DNA from: Acidobacteriota bacterium
GTDB lineage: Bacteria > Acidobacteriota > Vicinamibacteria > Vicinamibacterales > 2-12-FULL-66-21
Assembly (NCBI GenBank): GCA_013694635.1
Contig: JACDCA010000764.1
Span: 1 to 30,917, forward strand
Reading direction: 5' to 3'
DNA: 30,917 bases
Made by a program: the position numbers and the translations under genes. Every line of letters begins with the position of its first letter. Positions within the stretch are counted from its first letter, which is position 1. Of this stretch, positions 8,859-17,060 are shown one piece after another. The notes under the pieces are model-generated. The model was not told the DNA's origin, searched no databases, and saw only the letters and a list, made by a program, of their open reading frames with translations.

Positions 8859-8864
8859 CGGCGA

Positions 8865-9731
8865 ATGCTCGAACCGGTGTACATGCTCGCCATCGACCAT
8901 CGGTGGCAATGGGAGGAATGGTGCGACACCAACGGTGTCGCGCGCGCGCGGATCCCGGAGATAAAGGGGCTCGCGGCTGACGCGTTTCTCGCCGCTCGCG
9001 AACGGTCCGAAGCGATCCAACGTTCGGGGGCCCTGCTGGTGGATCTCACCTACGGCCGGGACGCATTCGAGACAGGACGCCGGGCAGGCGCCGTTGTCGG
9101 GACACCCGCGGAACGCGCCGGTGCCTTCCCTCTCGAATGGACGGCCGCTTTCGACGTTGCCCTGCCTGGCAACTTTGTCAAGGTCCTCGTCCGACACCGC
9201 TCGGACGTTGCCGCCGTCATCGTCGATGCCCAGCGCAAGCAGTTGCTGGAGCTCCAGCGCTGGTGCATCGATCACGACAAACCCCTGGTGCTCGAGGTGC
9301 TCATCTCACCGGTCGCGGGGGAAGAGCACGGCTTCGAGACCGACGGACGTCCACGGCTACTCGCCGCATACATCCGCGACGCGTACAGCCTTGACATCGT
9401 GCCGGCCTACTGGAAGATCGAAGGGATGCCAGACCGCCGCAGCTTCGCTCTCGTGGACGACGCAATCCGCGAGGTCGATGGCCCGAGACAGCTGATTCTC
9501 GGAAAGGGCGCGGGGATGGACCAGGTGCGCGGATGGTTCGAAGCGGCAGCGGGCGCTTCGACGGCGGCCGGCTTCGCGATTGGCCGCACGGTGTACTTCG
9601 CCGCCGCGTCCGAATGGCTCCTCGGCCGCCTGGAACGACGCGCGGCGGTCGATCGAATCGCTGCCAATTACCAAGCGATCATCGATCTGTGGCGCCAAGC
9701 TGTCACCCCTCAGCCGTCAGCTCTCAGCTGA
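8865..9731 (+). CDS. Stand-alone DUF2090-like protein; putative 2-deoxy-5-keto-D-gluconate-6-phosphate aldolase (class I TIM barrel), 288 aa
   Basis: Motifs MLAIDHR, VKVLV, LVLEVL, putative Schiff-base lysine in YWKIEG, LILGKG and GFAIGRT match the domain found C-terminally fused to proteobacterial IolC and LacD-like aldolases. Adjacent to iolD. Confidence 0.8.
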   Translation: MLEPVYMLAIDHRWQWEEWCDTNGVARARIPEIKGLAADAFLAARERSEAIQRSGALLVDLTYGRDAFETGRRAGAVVGTPAERAGAFPLEWTAAFDVALPGNFVKVLVRHRSDVAAVIVDAQRKQLLELQRWCIDHDKPLVLEVLISPVAGEEHGFETDGRPRLLAAYIRDAYSLDIVPAYWKIEGMPDRRSFALVDDAIREVDGPRQLILGKGAGMDQVRGWFEAAAGASTAAGFAIGRTVYFAAASEWLLGRLERRAAVDRIAANYQAIIDLWRQAVTPQPSALS

Positions 9732-9736
9732 TAGCT
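9710..9736. repeat. Short 7-bp tandem repeat (TCAGCCG TCAGCTC TCAGCTG ATAGCT) containing an 18-bp near-perfect palindrome
   Basis: AGCT-C-TCAGCTGA-T-AGCT at 9719-9736 has one mismatched pair. It spans the stop of the DUF2090 gene and abuts the iolD stop. Confidence 0.5.
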
Positions 9737-11607
9737 TAAAAGAACCTCCTCTGCTTCTTCCGCCCCTCCTCGTACTCGCGGCGCGCCTGCTGAACCCTCG
9801 GCTGCTCCGAGACCTCAGACACCGGCACGTCCCACCAGCAGCCGTAGCCAGGCGCACGCGCCGCGGGATCGACGGGGATGTGCACGACCGCCGTTCGATC
9901 GGCCGCCCGCGCAGCAGCCAGCGCCGTTTCGAGCGATGCGCGGTCTGTCGCCCGGAACAATCGGGCGCCGAGAGACTCGGCGTTGGCCCCGAGATCCACG
10001 GGCAGCGGCGGTCCGTCCAGCAATCCGCTGCGCGGATCGCGGAAGCGGTAATCGGTCCCGAACCCTGCCGACCCGACCGAGCGCGACAGGCCCCCGATGC
10101 TCGCGAAGCCGCCGCTGTCCAGCAGGACGATGATCAGCGGGTAGTCTTCCTGCACCGACGTCACGATCTCCTGCGCCATCATCAGGTAGGAGCCGTCCCC
10201 CACCATCACGTATACGTGGCGGTCGGGGGCCGCCATCTTGACGCCGAGCCCCCCGGCGATCTCGTATCCCATGCAGGAATAGCCGTACTCCACGTGGTAC
10301 CCCTTGGGATCGCGGGCACGCCACAATTTGTGCAGCTCGCCGGGGAGGCTTCCCGCCGCGCAGACGACGACATCGGCCGGACTCGACGCCTGGTTGACGG
10401 CGGCGATCACCTCCGCCTGCACCATCGGCGATGCGCCGGTGGGCGCCGTCACGCGATCGCTTTCCTCGATCCACGCAGTTCGCAGCTGCTCGACGCGCTC
10501 GCGGTAGCCCGGGGCGGTCGTGAAGCCCGCAACCATCTCGTGCAGCTCTTCGAGCGCCGCACGCGCGTCGGCGAGCACGGGCAACGCCGCGTGCTTGAAC
10601 GCGTCCATCTCGACGACGTTGATGCCGATAAATCTGACGCGGGGGTCATGGAACGCGGTTTTGGACGCGGTCGTGAAATCGGTCAGGCGGCAGCCAACGG
10701 AAATCACGAGGTCCGCGTCGCGGCAGATATCGTGCGCGGCGGAGCTTCCGGTAACACCGGCAGCGCCCAGGGCCATCTGATCATCCCACCTCATCGTCCC
10801 TTTCCCGGCCTGTGTTTCGAGAACGGGGATGCCACACGAGCCAGCGAAGCGTCGGAGTGCGGGGGACGCCTCGCTGTAGAGGACGCCGCCGCCGGCAATG
10901 ATCACCGGTCGATGGCTGCCGCGAATGAGCGAGGCAGCGCGTTGCAGGATCTCGTGATCGCCGCGGGACCTCTGCACCGTCCAGATTCGCTCAGCGAAGA
11001 AGGCGGCGGGATAGTCGAACGCTTCGGCCTGGACGTCCTGCGGCAGCGCCAGCGTGACGGCCCCCGTCTCTGCCGGCGATGTCAACACCCGCATGGCGTC
11101 GGGCAGCGATGAGAGGAGCTGCTCCGGACGGTAGATGCGGTCCCAGTAGCGCGACACGGGCTTGAAGCAGTCGTTGACCGAGACGTCCTGCGAGTGCGGG
11201 GATTCCAGCTGCTGGAGGACCGGGGCCGGCAGGCGGCTGCCGAAGATGTCCCCGGGGAGCAGGAGGACGGGGAGCCGGTTGATGGTGGCGCCCGCGGCAC
11301 CCGTCAGCATGTTCGTGGCGCCGGGGCCGATCGACGTCGTGCACGCGAGCATGCGCAGTCGGTTGTGCATCTTCGCGTAGGCCGCGGCCGTGTGCACCAT
11401 CGCCTGCTCGTTGCGGCACTGGTAGTACGGCATGAGGTCGTGCATCTGGTCGAGCGCCTGCGCGACGCCTGCGACGTTGCCGTGCCCGAAGATGCCGAAC
11501 ATGCCGCCGAAGAGCGGCTGCCGGTTGCCGTCCCGCTCGGTGCGCTGTGCGGCGAGAAACCGCACCAGCGCCTGCGCCATCGTCAATCGAACCGTTCCTG
11601 GTTCCAT
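9736..11607 (-). CDS. iolD: 3D-(3,5/4)-trihydroxycyclohexane-1,2-dione acylhydrolase (ThDP-dependent), 623 aa
   Basis: RLTMAQALVRFL N-terminus, GIFGHGNVAG, RNEQAMVH, TTSIGPGATNM, EYGYSCMGYE, ThDP motif VGDGSYLM, and the typical WWDVPV C-terminus. Confidence 0.97.
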   Translation of the reverse strand: MEPGTVRLTMAQALVRFLAAQRTERDGNRQPLFGGMFGIFGHGNVAGVAQALDQMHDLMPYYQCRNEQAMVHTAAAYAKMHNRLRMLACTTSIGPGATNMLTGAAGATINRLPVLLLPGDIFGSRLPAPVLQQLESPHSQDVSVNDCFKPVSRYWDRIYRPEQLLSSLPDAMRVLTSPAETGAVTLALPQDVQAEAFDYPAAFFAERIWTVQRSRGDHEILQRAASLIRGSHRPVIIAGGGVLYSEASPALRRFAGSCGIPVLETQAGKGTMRWDDQMALGAAGVTGSSAAHDICRDADLVISVGCRLTDFTTASKTAFHDPRVRFIGINVVEMDAFKHAALPVLADARAALEELHEMVAGFTTAPGYRERVEQLRTAWIEESDRVTAPTGASPMVQAEVIAAVNQASSPADVVVCAAGSLPGELHKLWRARDPKGYHVEYGYSCMGYEIAGGLGVKMAAPDRHVYVMVGDGSYLMMAQEIVTSVQEDYPLIIVLLDSGGFASIGGLSRSVGSAGFGTDYRFRDPRSGLLDGPPLPVDLGANAESLGARLFRATDRASLETALAAARAADRTAVVHIPVDPAARAPGYGCWWDVPVSEVSEQPRVQQARREYEEGRKKQRRFF

Positions 11608-11640
11608 ATCAGTCGTTTGTTGGCGCGAATCTGCGCTGGT

Positions 11641-12486
11641 TCAGGGCCGCGGGACGACGGGAACGCGGGGGTCCGGGGGCGGCCAGGCCGCCCGTAGCGC
11701 CGCGTACTTCGGATCGTCGCTTGCCGCCATCGAACGGCGCTCCCCCGCCAGGACGTTCAGGTAGTAGGCATCGTATCCGTACGCCGTCACGAACGGATGG
11801 TAGCCGTCGCGGATGAGAACGACGTCCCCGTGCACGACCTTTACCGTCGCGTCGCGCGCGCCGTCGGCGGTGTACAGCCGCTGAAACCCATACCCGTCGG
11901 CGTCTCTCATTCTGTAGTAGTAGATCTCTTCCAGATCGACCTCCACCGGCGGGTTGTCGACGTCATGCTTGTGCGGCGGATAACTCGACCAGTTGCCCGA
12001 CGGCGTGAATACCTCGCAGAGCATCAGCCGATGCGCCGGAAACTGCGGTGAAAGGATGTCCACGATCTGCCGCGTCGCGTTCCCCCCGCCGCGGATCTCG
12101 AAGCCGCAGTCACGCGGCCCCACGAGCTTCGGCTCGAGCGGCATCTCGGAGGGCGCGCGACATTCGGCGATCTCCGACACCTCGGATGCGCGAAACGCGG
12201 CGCCGTGCCCATGGGGTAAGTAAACGGCATGCGGATAGCTCGCGAATACGTCGGCGCGCGGCCCGAACGTCCGCGGCGCTTCGCGGTCGATCGCGACCTC
12301 TCCGCTCCCGCGCAGCAGGACGACGCAGCACTCCTCGCCGCGCGCGCGCGTCCGCCATGTCTCCCCCGCGGCAAGACGGCGGACAGTGAAGCGGATGAAC
12401 TCCCACCCCGCCGTTCGCGGCGTGACATCCACCAGCACTCCGGATTGATCACCCTGCAGCTGCCGGGATTTGAGGACTGTTTTCAT
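11641..12486 (-). CDS. iolB: 5-deoxy-glucuronate isomerase, about 281 aa
   Basis: Start MKTVLKS at 12486. VTPRTAGWEF, GNWSSYPPHKHD, LEEIYYY, GYGFQRLY, GYHP and YYLNVLAG are KduI/IolB motifs. Confidence 0.95.
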   Translation of the reverse strand: MKTVLKSRQLQGDQSGVLVDVTPRTAGWEFIRFTVRRLAAGETWRTRARGEECCVVLLRGSGEVAIDREAPRTFGPRADVFASYPHAVYLPHGHGAAFRASEVSEIAECRAPSEMPLEPKLVGPRDCGFEIRGGGNATRQIVDILSPQFPAHRLMLCEVFTPSGNWSSYPPHKHDVDNPPVEVDLEEIYYYRMRDADGYGFQRLYTADGARDATVKVVHGDVVLIRDGYHPFVTAYGYDAYYLNVLAGERRSMAASDDPKYAALRAAWPPPDPRVPVVPRP

Positions 12487-12525
12487 GGAGAAACGGCGAC
12501 AACGCGACACAGACCGCGAGCGCAG

Positions 12526-12555
12526 AGTATCGAGGCTTGCCCGCGCAGGTGTCAA
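12526..12555 (-). promoter_or_regulatory. Putative sigma70 promoter for iolB-iolD
   Basis: Minus strand TTGACA (12555-12550), an 18-nt spacer, then GATACT (12531-12526), about 40 nt upstream of the iolB ATG. Confidence 0.55.
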
Positions 12556-12568
12556 GGCGCCGCACCGA

Positions 12569-12577
12569 TGGTAGACT
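12569..12577 (+). promoter_or_regulatory. Putative extended -10 promoter for iolC-iolE-dehydrogenase
   Basis: TG-G-TAGACT ends 9 nt upstream of the iolC GTG start. No Shine-Dalgarno sequence is present. Confidence 0.45.
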
Positions 12578-12586
12578 CCCCTGCCG

Positions 12587-13546
12587 GTGACGCACGACAT
12601 CCTCTGCATGGGACGAAGCAGCATCGATCTCTACGCGCACGAGATCGGCGTGCCCATGACCGGCGTGAAGAGTTTCGACGCGTACGTCGGGGGCTGTCCG
12701 ACCAACGTGAGCGTCGGCACCCGCCGGCTGGGCCTCCGGTCGGCGCTGCTGACCGCGGTCGGCACTGACCAGGTCGGGGACTTCGTCCTCGCGTTTCTCA
12801 GGAACGAAGGGGTGGACGTGGACTCCGTGCCTCGCATCCCTGAGCGCCGCACGAGCGCGGCGCTGCTGACGATCCAGCCCCCCGACTGCTTTCCGCTGAC
12901 GTTCTATCGCGATAACTGCGCGGACCTCGCGCTCACCATCGAAGACGTCCGGCGCGCGCCCGTGGACGGCAGCCGCGTGCTCTTCGTGACAGGTACCGGC
13001 CTCAGTGCCGACCCGAGCCGCACCGCCACGCTGTTTGCCGCCGAGCACGCTGCCGCTCGCGGAACGACAGTGGTGGTGGATATCGACTACCGCGCAGGGC
13101 TGTGGCCCTCTGCCGAGGCGTTCGGCACGAACGTGCGTCCACTCCTCGCGCGGGCCGGGCTCGCCATCGGGACGGAAGACGAGGTCTGCGCGGCATCAGG
13201 CCAGGACGATGCGCGGGCCGGTGCCGGGCGTCTCCTCGAGGCGGGTCTCCCGGTACTCATTCTCAAGCGCGGCGGCGACGGAGCGGCCGTCTACCGGCGC
13301 GGCGGCGAGCCCGTGGCCGTTCCGCCGTTCGTCGTGGACGTGCTGAATGTGCTCGGCGCAGGGGACGCTTTCGCGAGTGGATTCATTTACGGATATGTGA
13401 ACGGCTGGACGCTGGAGGATGCCGCCCGCTTCGGCAACGCCGTCGGCGCCATCATCGTCACGCGCCACGGCTGCGCCAACTTCATGCCGACGCTCGCGGA
13501 GGTCCACGACTTCCTCCAGCAGCAGGACGTCCGGATCGCGCCATGA
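12587..13546 (+). CDS. iolC: 5-dehydro-2-deoxygluconokinase (PfkB family), 319 aa, without a DUF2090 extension
   Basis: DILCMGRSSIDLY, YVGGCPTNVSVG, FYRDNCADL, DIDYR and PfkB signature VLNVLGAGDAF...ANAVGA-like. Located in the iol cluster. Confidence 0.95.
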   Translation: MTHDILCMGRSSIDLYAHEIGVPMTGVKSFDAYVGGCPTNVSVGTRRLGLRSALLTAVGTDQVGDFVLAFLRNEGVDVDSVPRIPERRTSAALLTIQPPDCFPLTFYRDNCADLALTIEDVRRAPVDGSRVLFVTGTGLSADPSRTATLFAAEHAAARGTTVVVDIDYRAGLWPSAEAFGTNVRPLLARAGLAIGTEDEVCAASGQDDARAGAGRLLEAGLPVLILKRGGDGAAVYRRGGEPVAVPPFVVDVLNVLGAGDAFASGFIYGYVNGWTLEDAARFGNAVGAIIVTRHGCANFMPTLAEVHDFLQQQDVRIAP

Positions 13547-14463
13547 CCTCTACGTCCACCAAGGTCCGCGTCGCGAATGCCCCCTGCTCCTGGGGCGTGC
13601 TCGAATTCGAAGAGCAGTCGGCTGCCGGATACGAGTACGATCGCGTGCTGGACGAAATGGCGACGGCCGGATACGCAGGGACGGAGCTCGGCGACTGGGG
13701 CTTCATGCCGACCGACCCGCCGGCGCTCGCCGGCGCGCTCGCGAGCCGCTCGCTTGCGCTCGTCGGCGCGTTCGTCCCCGTGCGGCTTGCCGATCCGGGC
13801 GCCACAGACGAGGGGGGGGCAGCGGCGATCCGGACGGCGCGACTGCTTGCAGGCGCCGGCTTCCCTGGTGCGTTCGTCGTGCTGGCGGACGACATCGCAG
13901 CGAGCCCGGAACGCACGGCCATCGCGGGACGTGTCGGCCCGGCTGATGCGCTGCCCGACGCCTCGCGGGAGATCTTCGCGCGCAATGCGGAGCATATCGC
14001 CCGCGCCGTTCGAGAATCGACTGGACTCCGCACCGTTTTTCATCACCACTGCGCGTCGTTCGTCGAGACCATGGAAGAGATCGTGGATCTCATGAATCGT
14101 ACGGATCCCTCGGTGCTCGGTCTCTGTCTCGACACCGGCCACCTGACCTACGCCGGCGGCGATCCACTTCAGGCACTGGACCGCTTCGGCAGCCGCATCT
14201 GGCATGTGCATCTGAAGGATTGTTCCGAGCCTGTCGCCGCGCGGGCGCGTGACGGTAAATGGGACTACAATGCCGCCGTTCGACACGGCGTTTTCTGCGA
14301 GCTTGGCCACGGCGTAGTCGATTTTGCCGGTGTGCTGGACCGCCTGGACGCCATCGGCTACACGGGATGGGCGGTCGTCGAGCAGGACGTCCTCCCATCG
14401 CTCGGGACGCCGGCAGCGAGCGCGCGGCGGAACCGCGAGTTCCTGCGCCGCTTCTCGCTGTGA
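13543..14463 (+). CDS. iolE: myo-inosose-2 dehydratase (xylose isomerase-like TIM barrel), about 306 aa
   Basis: ATG 13543 overlaps the iolC stop (ATGA). ANAPCSWG, GTELG, FHHHC, LCLDTGH, HVHLKD and WAVVEQD motifs. Confidence 0.9.
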   Translation: MTSTSTKVRVANAPCSWGVLEFEEQSAAGYEYDRVLDEMATAGYAGTELGDWGFMPTDPPALAGALASRSLALVGAFVPVRLADPGATDEGGAAAIRTARLLAGAGFPGAFVVLADDIAASPERTAIAGRVGPADALPDASREIFARNAEHIARAVRESTGLRTVFHHHCASFVETMEEIVDLMNRTDPSVLGLCLDTGHLTYAGGDPLQALDRFGSRIWHVHLKDCSEPVAARARDGKWDYNAAVRHGVFCELGHGVVDFAGVLDRLDAIGYTGWAVVEQDVLPSLGTPAASARRNREFLRRFSL

Positions 14464-14479
14464 CTCTCCACGCCTGACG

Positions 14480-15508
14480 ATGCCGACCCACCCGTCCACC
14501 ATGCTGGCAGCCGTGTTCGCACGCGAGGGCGTGCTGGAACTGCAGGAGCGGCCCGTGCCGCGAGCGACGCTTCCCGGCGACGTGCTCATCGACGTGGAAG
14601 GATGCGGAATCTGCGGCACCGATCTGCACATTCTCGAATCTCCCCCCGCGCATCCCGCGACACCGGGATCGATCCTCGGACACGAGTTTATCGGGCGAAT
14701 CGCCGACGCGGGTGAGGGCGTCACCGGACTCCGACCCGGCCAGAGAGTCGCCGTGGCGCCGAACCTGTGCTGCGGGCGCTGCGCGTCGTGCCGGTGCGGC
14801 CGTCCGAATCACTGCGCCGACTTCTCGACGCTGGGAATATTCCGCGATGGCGGACTGGCCCGATTCTGCGTCGCGCCCGGCGCCGCGTGCCATCCACTTG
14901 CCGAAACGGTGATGTTCGAGGACGCGATCTGGGTGGAAGTTCTGTCGTGCGTGGTGAACAGCGTCGACAACATCAGCGCGCGGGCGGGAGAAAACGTAGT
15001 CGTCATCGGCGGCGGGCCGGTCGGCGCGCTCCATGCGCTGTTGTTTGCCGCCGGCGGCGCCCGCGTCATCGTGTCGGACGTATCCGACGCGCGGCTCGAT
15101 GTGTTGCGCTCGGCGGGCATCGCGGCAACCGTCAACCCCGCACGCGAGCCAATGGAAGAGGCCGTCCGTAGTTTTGCTAGTGGCGGCGCCGATGTCGTCG
15201 TCGACTGCGTCGGCACCCAGCTGGATGCCGCGCTGGATGTCGTCCGCACCGGCGGGCGCATCTCGCTTTTCGGCATGAACGCCCGCGCGCGCCCCGCGGT
15301 GCGTCAGAACATGATCACGCGCAACGAGCTGACGATCTACGGCAGCTACGTGGGCGTGAATACGTTCCCGCGCGCGATTTCGCTGCTCGAGCGCGGGGTG
15401 ATCTCTCCGTCCGTGATGATTTCATCCGTGATGCCGCTGAGCGGCATTCACGACGCGCTTGGTCTGCTGCGGTCGGGCAGCGCGATGAAGGTCGTGATCA
15501 GGCACTGA
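14480..15508 (+). CDS. Zinc-dependent medium-chain (polyol/inosose) dehydrogenase, about 342 aa
   Basis: CGICGTDLH, GHE, structural Zn site CGRCASCRCGRPNHC and NAD-binding GGGPVG. Start at 14480 (alternative 14501). Confidence 0.9.
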   Translation: MPTHPSTMLAAVFAREGVLELQERPVPRATLPGDVLIDVEGCGICGTDLHILESPPAHPATPGSILGHEFIGRIADAGEGVTGLRPGQRVAVAPNLCCGRCASCRCGRPNHCADFSTLGIFRDGGLARFCVAPGAACHPLAETVMFEDAIWVEVLSCVVNSVDNISARAGENVVVIGGGPVGALHALLFAAGGARVIVSDVSDARLDVLRSAGIAATVNPAREPMEEAVRSFASGGADVVVDCVGTQLDAALDVVRTGGRISLFGMNARARPAVRQNMITRNELTIYGSYVGVNTFPRAISLLERGVISPSVMISSVMPLSGIHDALGLLRSGSAMKVVIRH

Positions 15509-15567
15509 AAAAAGGGGACAGCCACCTTTTTACGGATTTCGAAAAAAGGTGGCTGTCCCCTTTTTCA
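15506..15567. terminator. Long inverted repeat acting as a probable bidirectional intrinsic terminator (possibly REP-like)
   Basis: Perfect 23-bp arms AAAAAGGGGACAGCCACCTTTTT (15509-15531) and AAAAAGGTGGCTGTCCCCTTTTT (15543-15565) with an 11-nt loop. U-tracts on both strands. It fills the gap between two convergent stop codons. Confidence 0.85.
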
Positions 15568-17040
15568 GCGGAAATACACCGGGTTCGCGATCACCGTAAC
15601 GCCTGCCGAGTCCCGAAGATTGATGCGCACCCAGTCTCCCCGCTGCACCGGGATGTCGAACTCGACCACGGCCTCGTTCTGCGCGATCGGTGGCGCCGGC
15701 GCGGGCGAGACGAGGGTGCCGTTGCGGATCACGTCGATCTGCTGGCCCCGGGCCCGTTCCGCTGCCAGGCGAAAGCGAACGATGCTGGAGGCCGTGGGCA
15801 GCTGGATCGTGCCGCCCATGCTGGTGTGGAACGCCGGCGCCGAGAACCGCACCTCCGGTCCATCCGGGCCGCGTACCTTGATATAGACGCGTCCGCGGCG
15901 GATCCCTGCGAGCAGCGCCTCCTCCGTCAACGTCTCCGCTTCGATCACTGTCGTCGGCACGCCGACCGCGGAGCCCGCGCGCGTGCTGGCGCCGTGATCG
16001 TCGCTGCCGCCGATCCCGGTGAGCCGGTGCTTCTCGTTCAGCCGCGCGTGCCAGAAGGGTTCTCCCGCCGTGGGTCCTGACACCGTGAATCCATTCACGA
16101 CCTCGATGGCGTCCACCAGCGCGTAGTCTGTGCCCGGCGCGTTCCAGCCGCAGCCGGTGCAGCGTTCCCCCGTCTCACGTCCGGGATGGTTGATCGACAC
16201 CAGCGCGCCGAGTTGCCGGGCGCGCGCGAAAACGTCGCGAGCCGCGAGGCCGGCGGCGCCGATGCGGAAATCGAGCACCTCACTTGTACCGAAGACGTTC
16301 GCGTGCCCGTAGAACGTCGTCACCTCCTGGCCGCGCAGCAGGAGGAGGCGTCTGCTCGTCAGCTGCAGCGCCGCCATGTCGGCGTGATGGCTCGTAGTGT
16401 TGTGATCGGTCACCGCCAGGAAGTCCAGTCCGAGGCGCGTTGCGGCGTCGACCACCTGGTGCACCGCGCACGGACCGCTCCCCCCGTAGCCGTCCGCGCA
16501 GCCATAGCCGTCGCTGTGCAGCGTGTGGGTGTGCAGATCTCCCTGATACCAGCGAGGGCCCGCAGCCGCCGCAGTGGCTGGCAGCGTGAAGGGCGTCGGC
16601 TGCACCGGACCTTCGGACGTCATGCGGATGACAACGCGGTATGTGGAGACAATGCCGTCGCGAATGCTCGGCACACCCATCAGCAGCCGCCACGTGCCGG
16701 CCGGAAGTTCTCCCGGATGATAGGCGGGGGTCGCGGTGGTGCGGGCGATGAAGAAGCCGGTCTTGCTCGTGCGACTCGCCCCCCGGAAGCGGACCGGGTC
16801 GTAGAGGCCGAATTCGATCGCCGTCCCCTCGGTGCGATGGCCGTAGTTCGTCTCCACGTCGATTCGCGCGGTGCCCGCCGGGACGTCGAACGCGCGCTCG
16901 AGCCACGCGAGCCGGTCGGCCGCCGAGATCGTTCCCTCCAGCACGATCTCGCGCGTTGCGGGCCTCTCGATCGGTGCCTGGTGGCGCGCAGGGAGAGTAC
17001 TCACAGAGAAGATGAGGGCAAGAGCTGCGATACCGCGCAT
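15565..17040 (-). CDS. Secreted PHP-domain metallohydrolase, CehA/McbA family (paralog 2), 491 aa
   Basis: Signal-like N-terminus. Motifs GDLHTHTLHSDG, DFLAVTDHN, GQEVTTFYGH, SINHP, IEVVNG and GGSDDH. Collinear with paralog 1, including the N-terminal FDVP..G..PAGxW region. Confidence 0.9.
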   Translation of the reverse strand: MRGIAALALIFSVSTLPARHQAPIERPATREIVLEGTISAADRLAWLERAFDVPAGTARIDVETNYGHRTEGTAIEFGLYDPVRFRGASRTSKTGFFIARTTATPAYHPGELPAGTWRLLMGVPSIRDGIVSTYRVVIRMTSEGPVQPTPFTLPATAAAAGPRWYQGDLHTHTLHSDGYGCADGYGGSGPCAVHQVVDAATRLGLDFLAVTDHNTTSHHADMAALQLTSRRLLLLRGQEVTTFYGHANVFGTSEVLDFRIGAAGLAARDVFARARQLGALVSINHPGRETGERCTGCGWNAPGTDYALVDAIEVVNGFTVSGPTAGEPFWHARLNEKHRLTGIGGSDDHGASTRAGSAVGVPTTVIEAETLTEEALLAGIRRGRVYIKVRGPDGPEVRFSAPAFHTSMGGTIQLPTASSIVRFRLAAERARGQQIDVIRNGTLVSPAPAPPIAQNEAVVEFDIPVQRGDWVRINLRDSAGVTVIANPVYFR

Positions 17041-17051
17041 GTGCGTCGCAG

Positions 17052-17060
17052 ATTATGGCA
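17052..17060 (-). promoter_or_regulatory. Putative extended -10 element upstream of PHP paralog 2
   Basis: Minus strand TG-C-CATAAT ends 11 nt before ATG 17040. No SD sequence. Confidence 0.4.
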
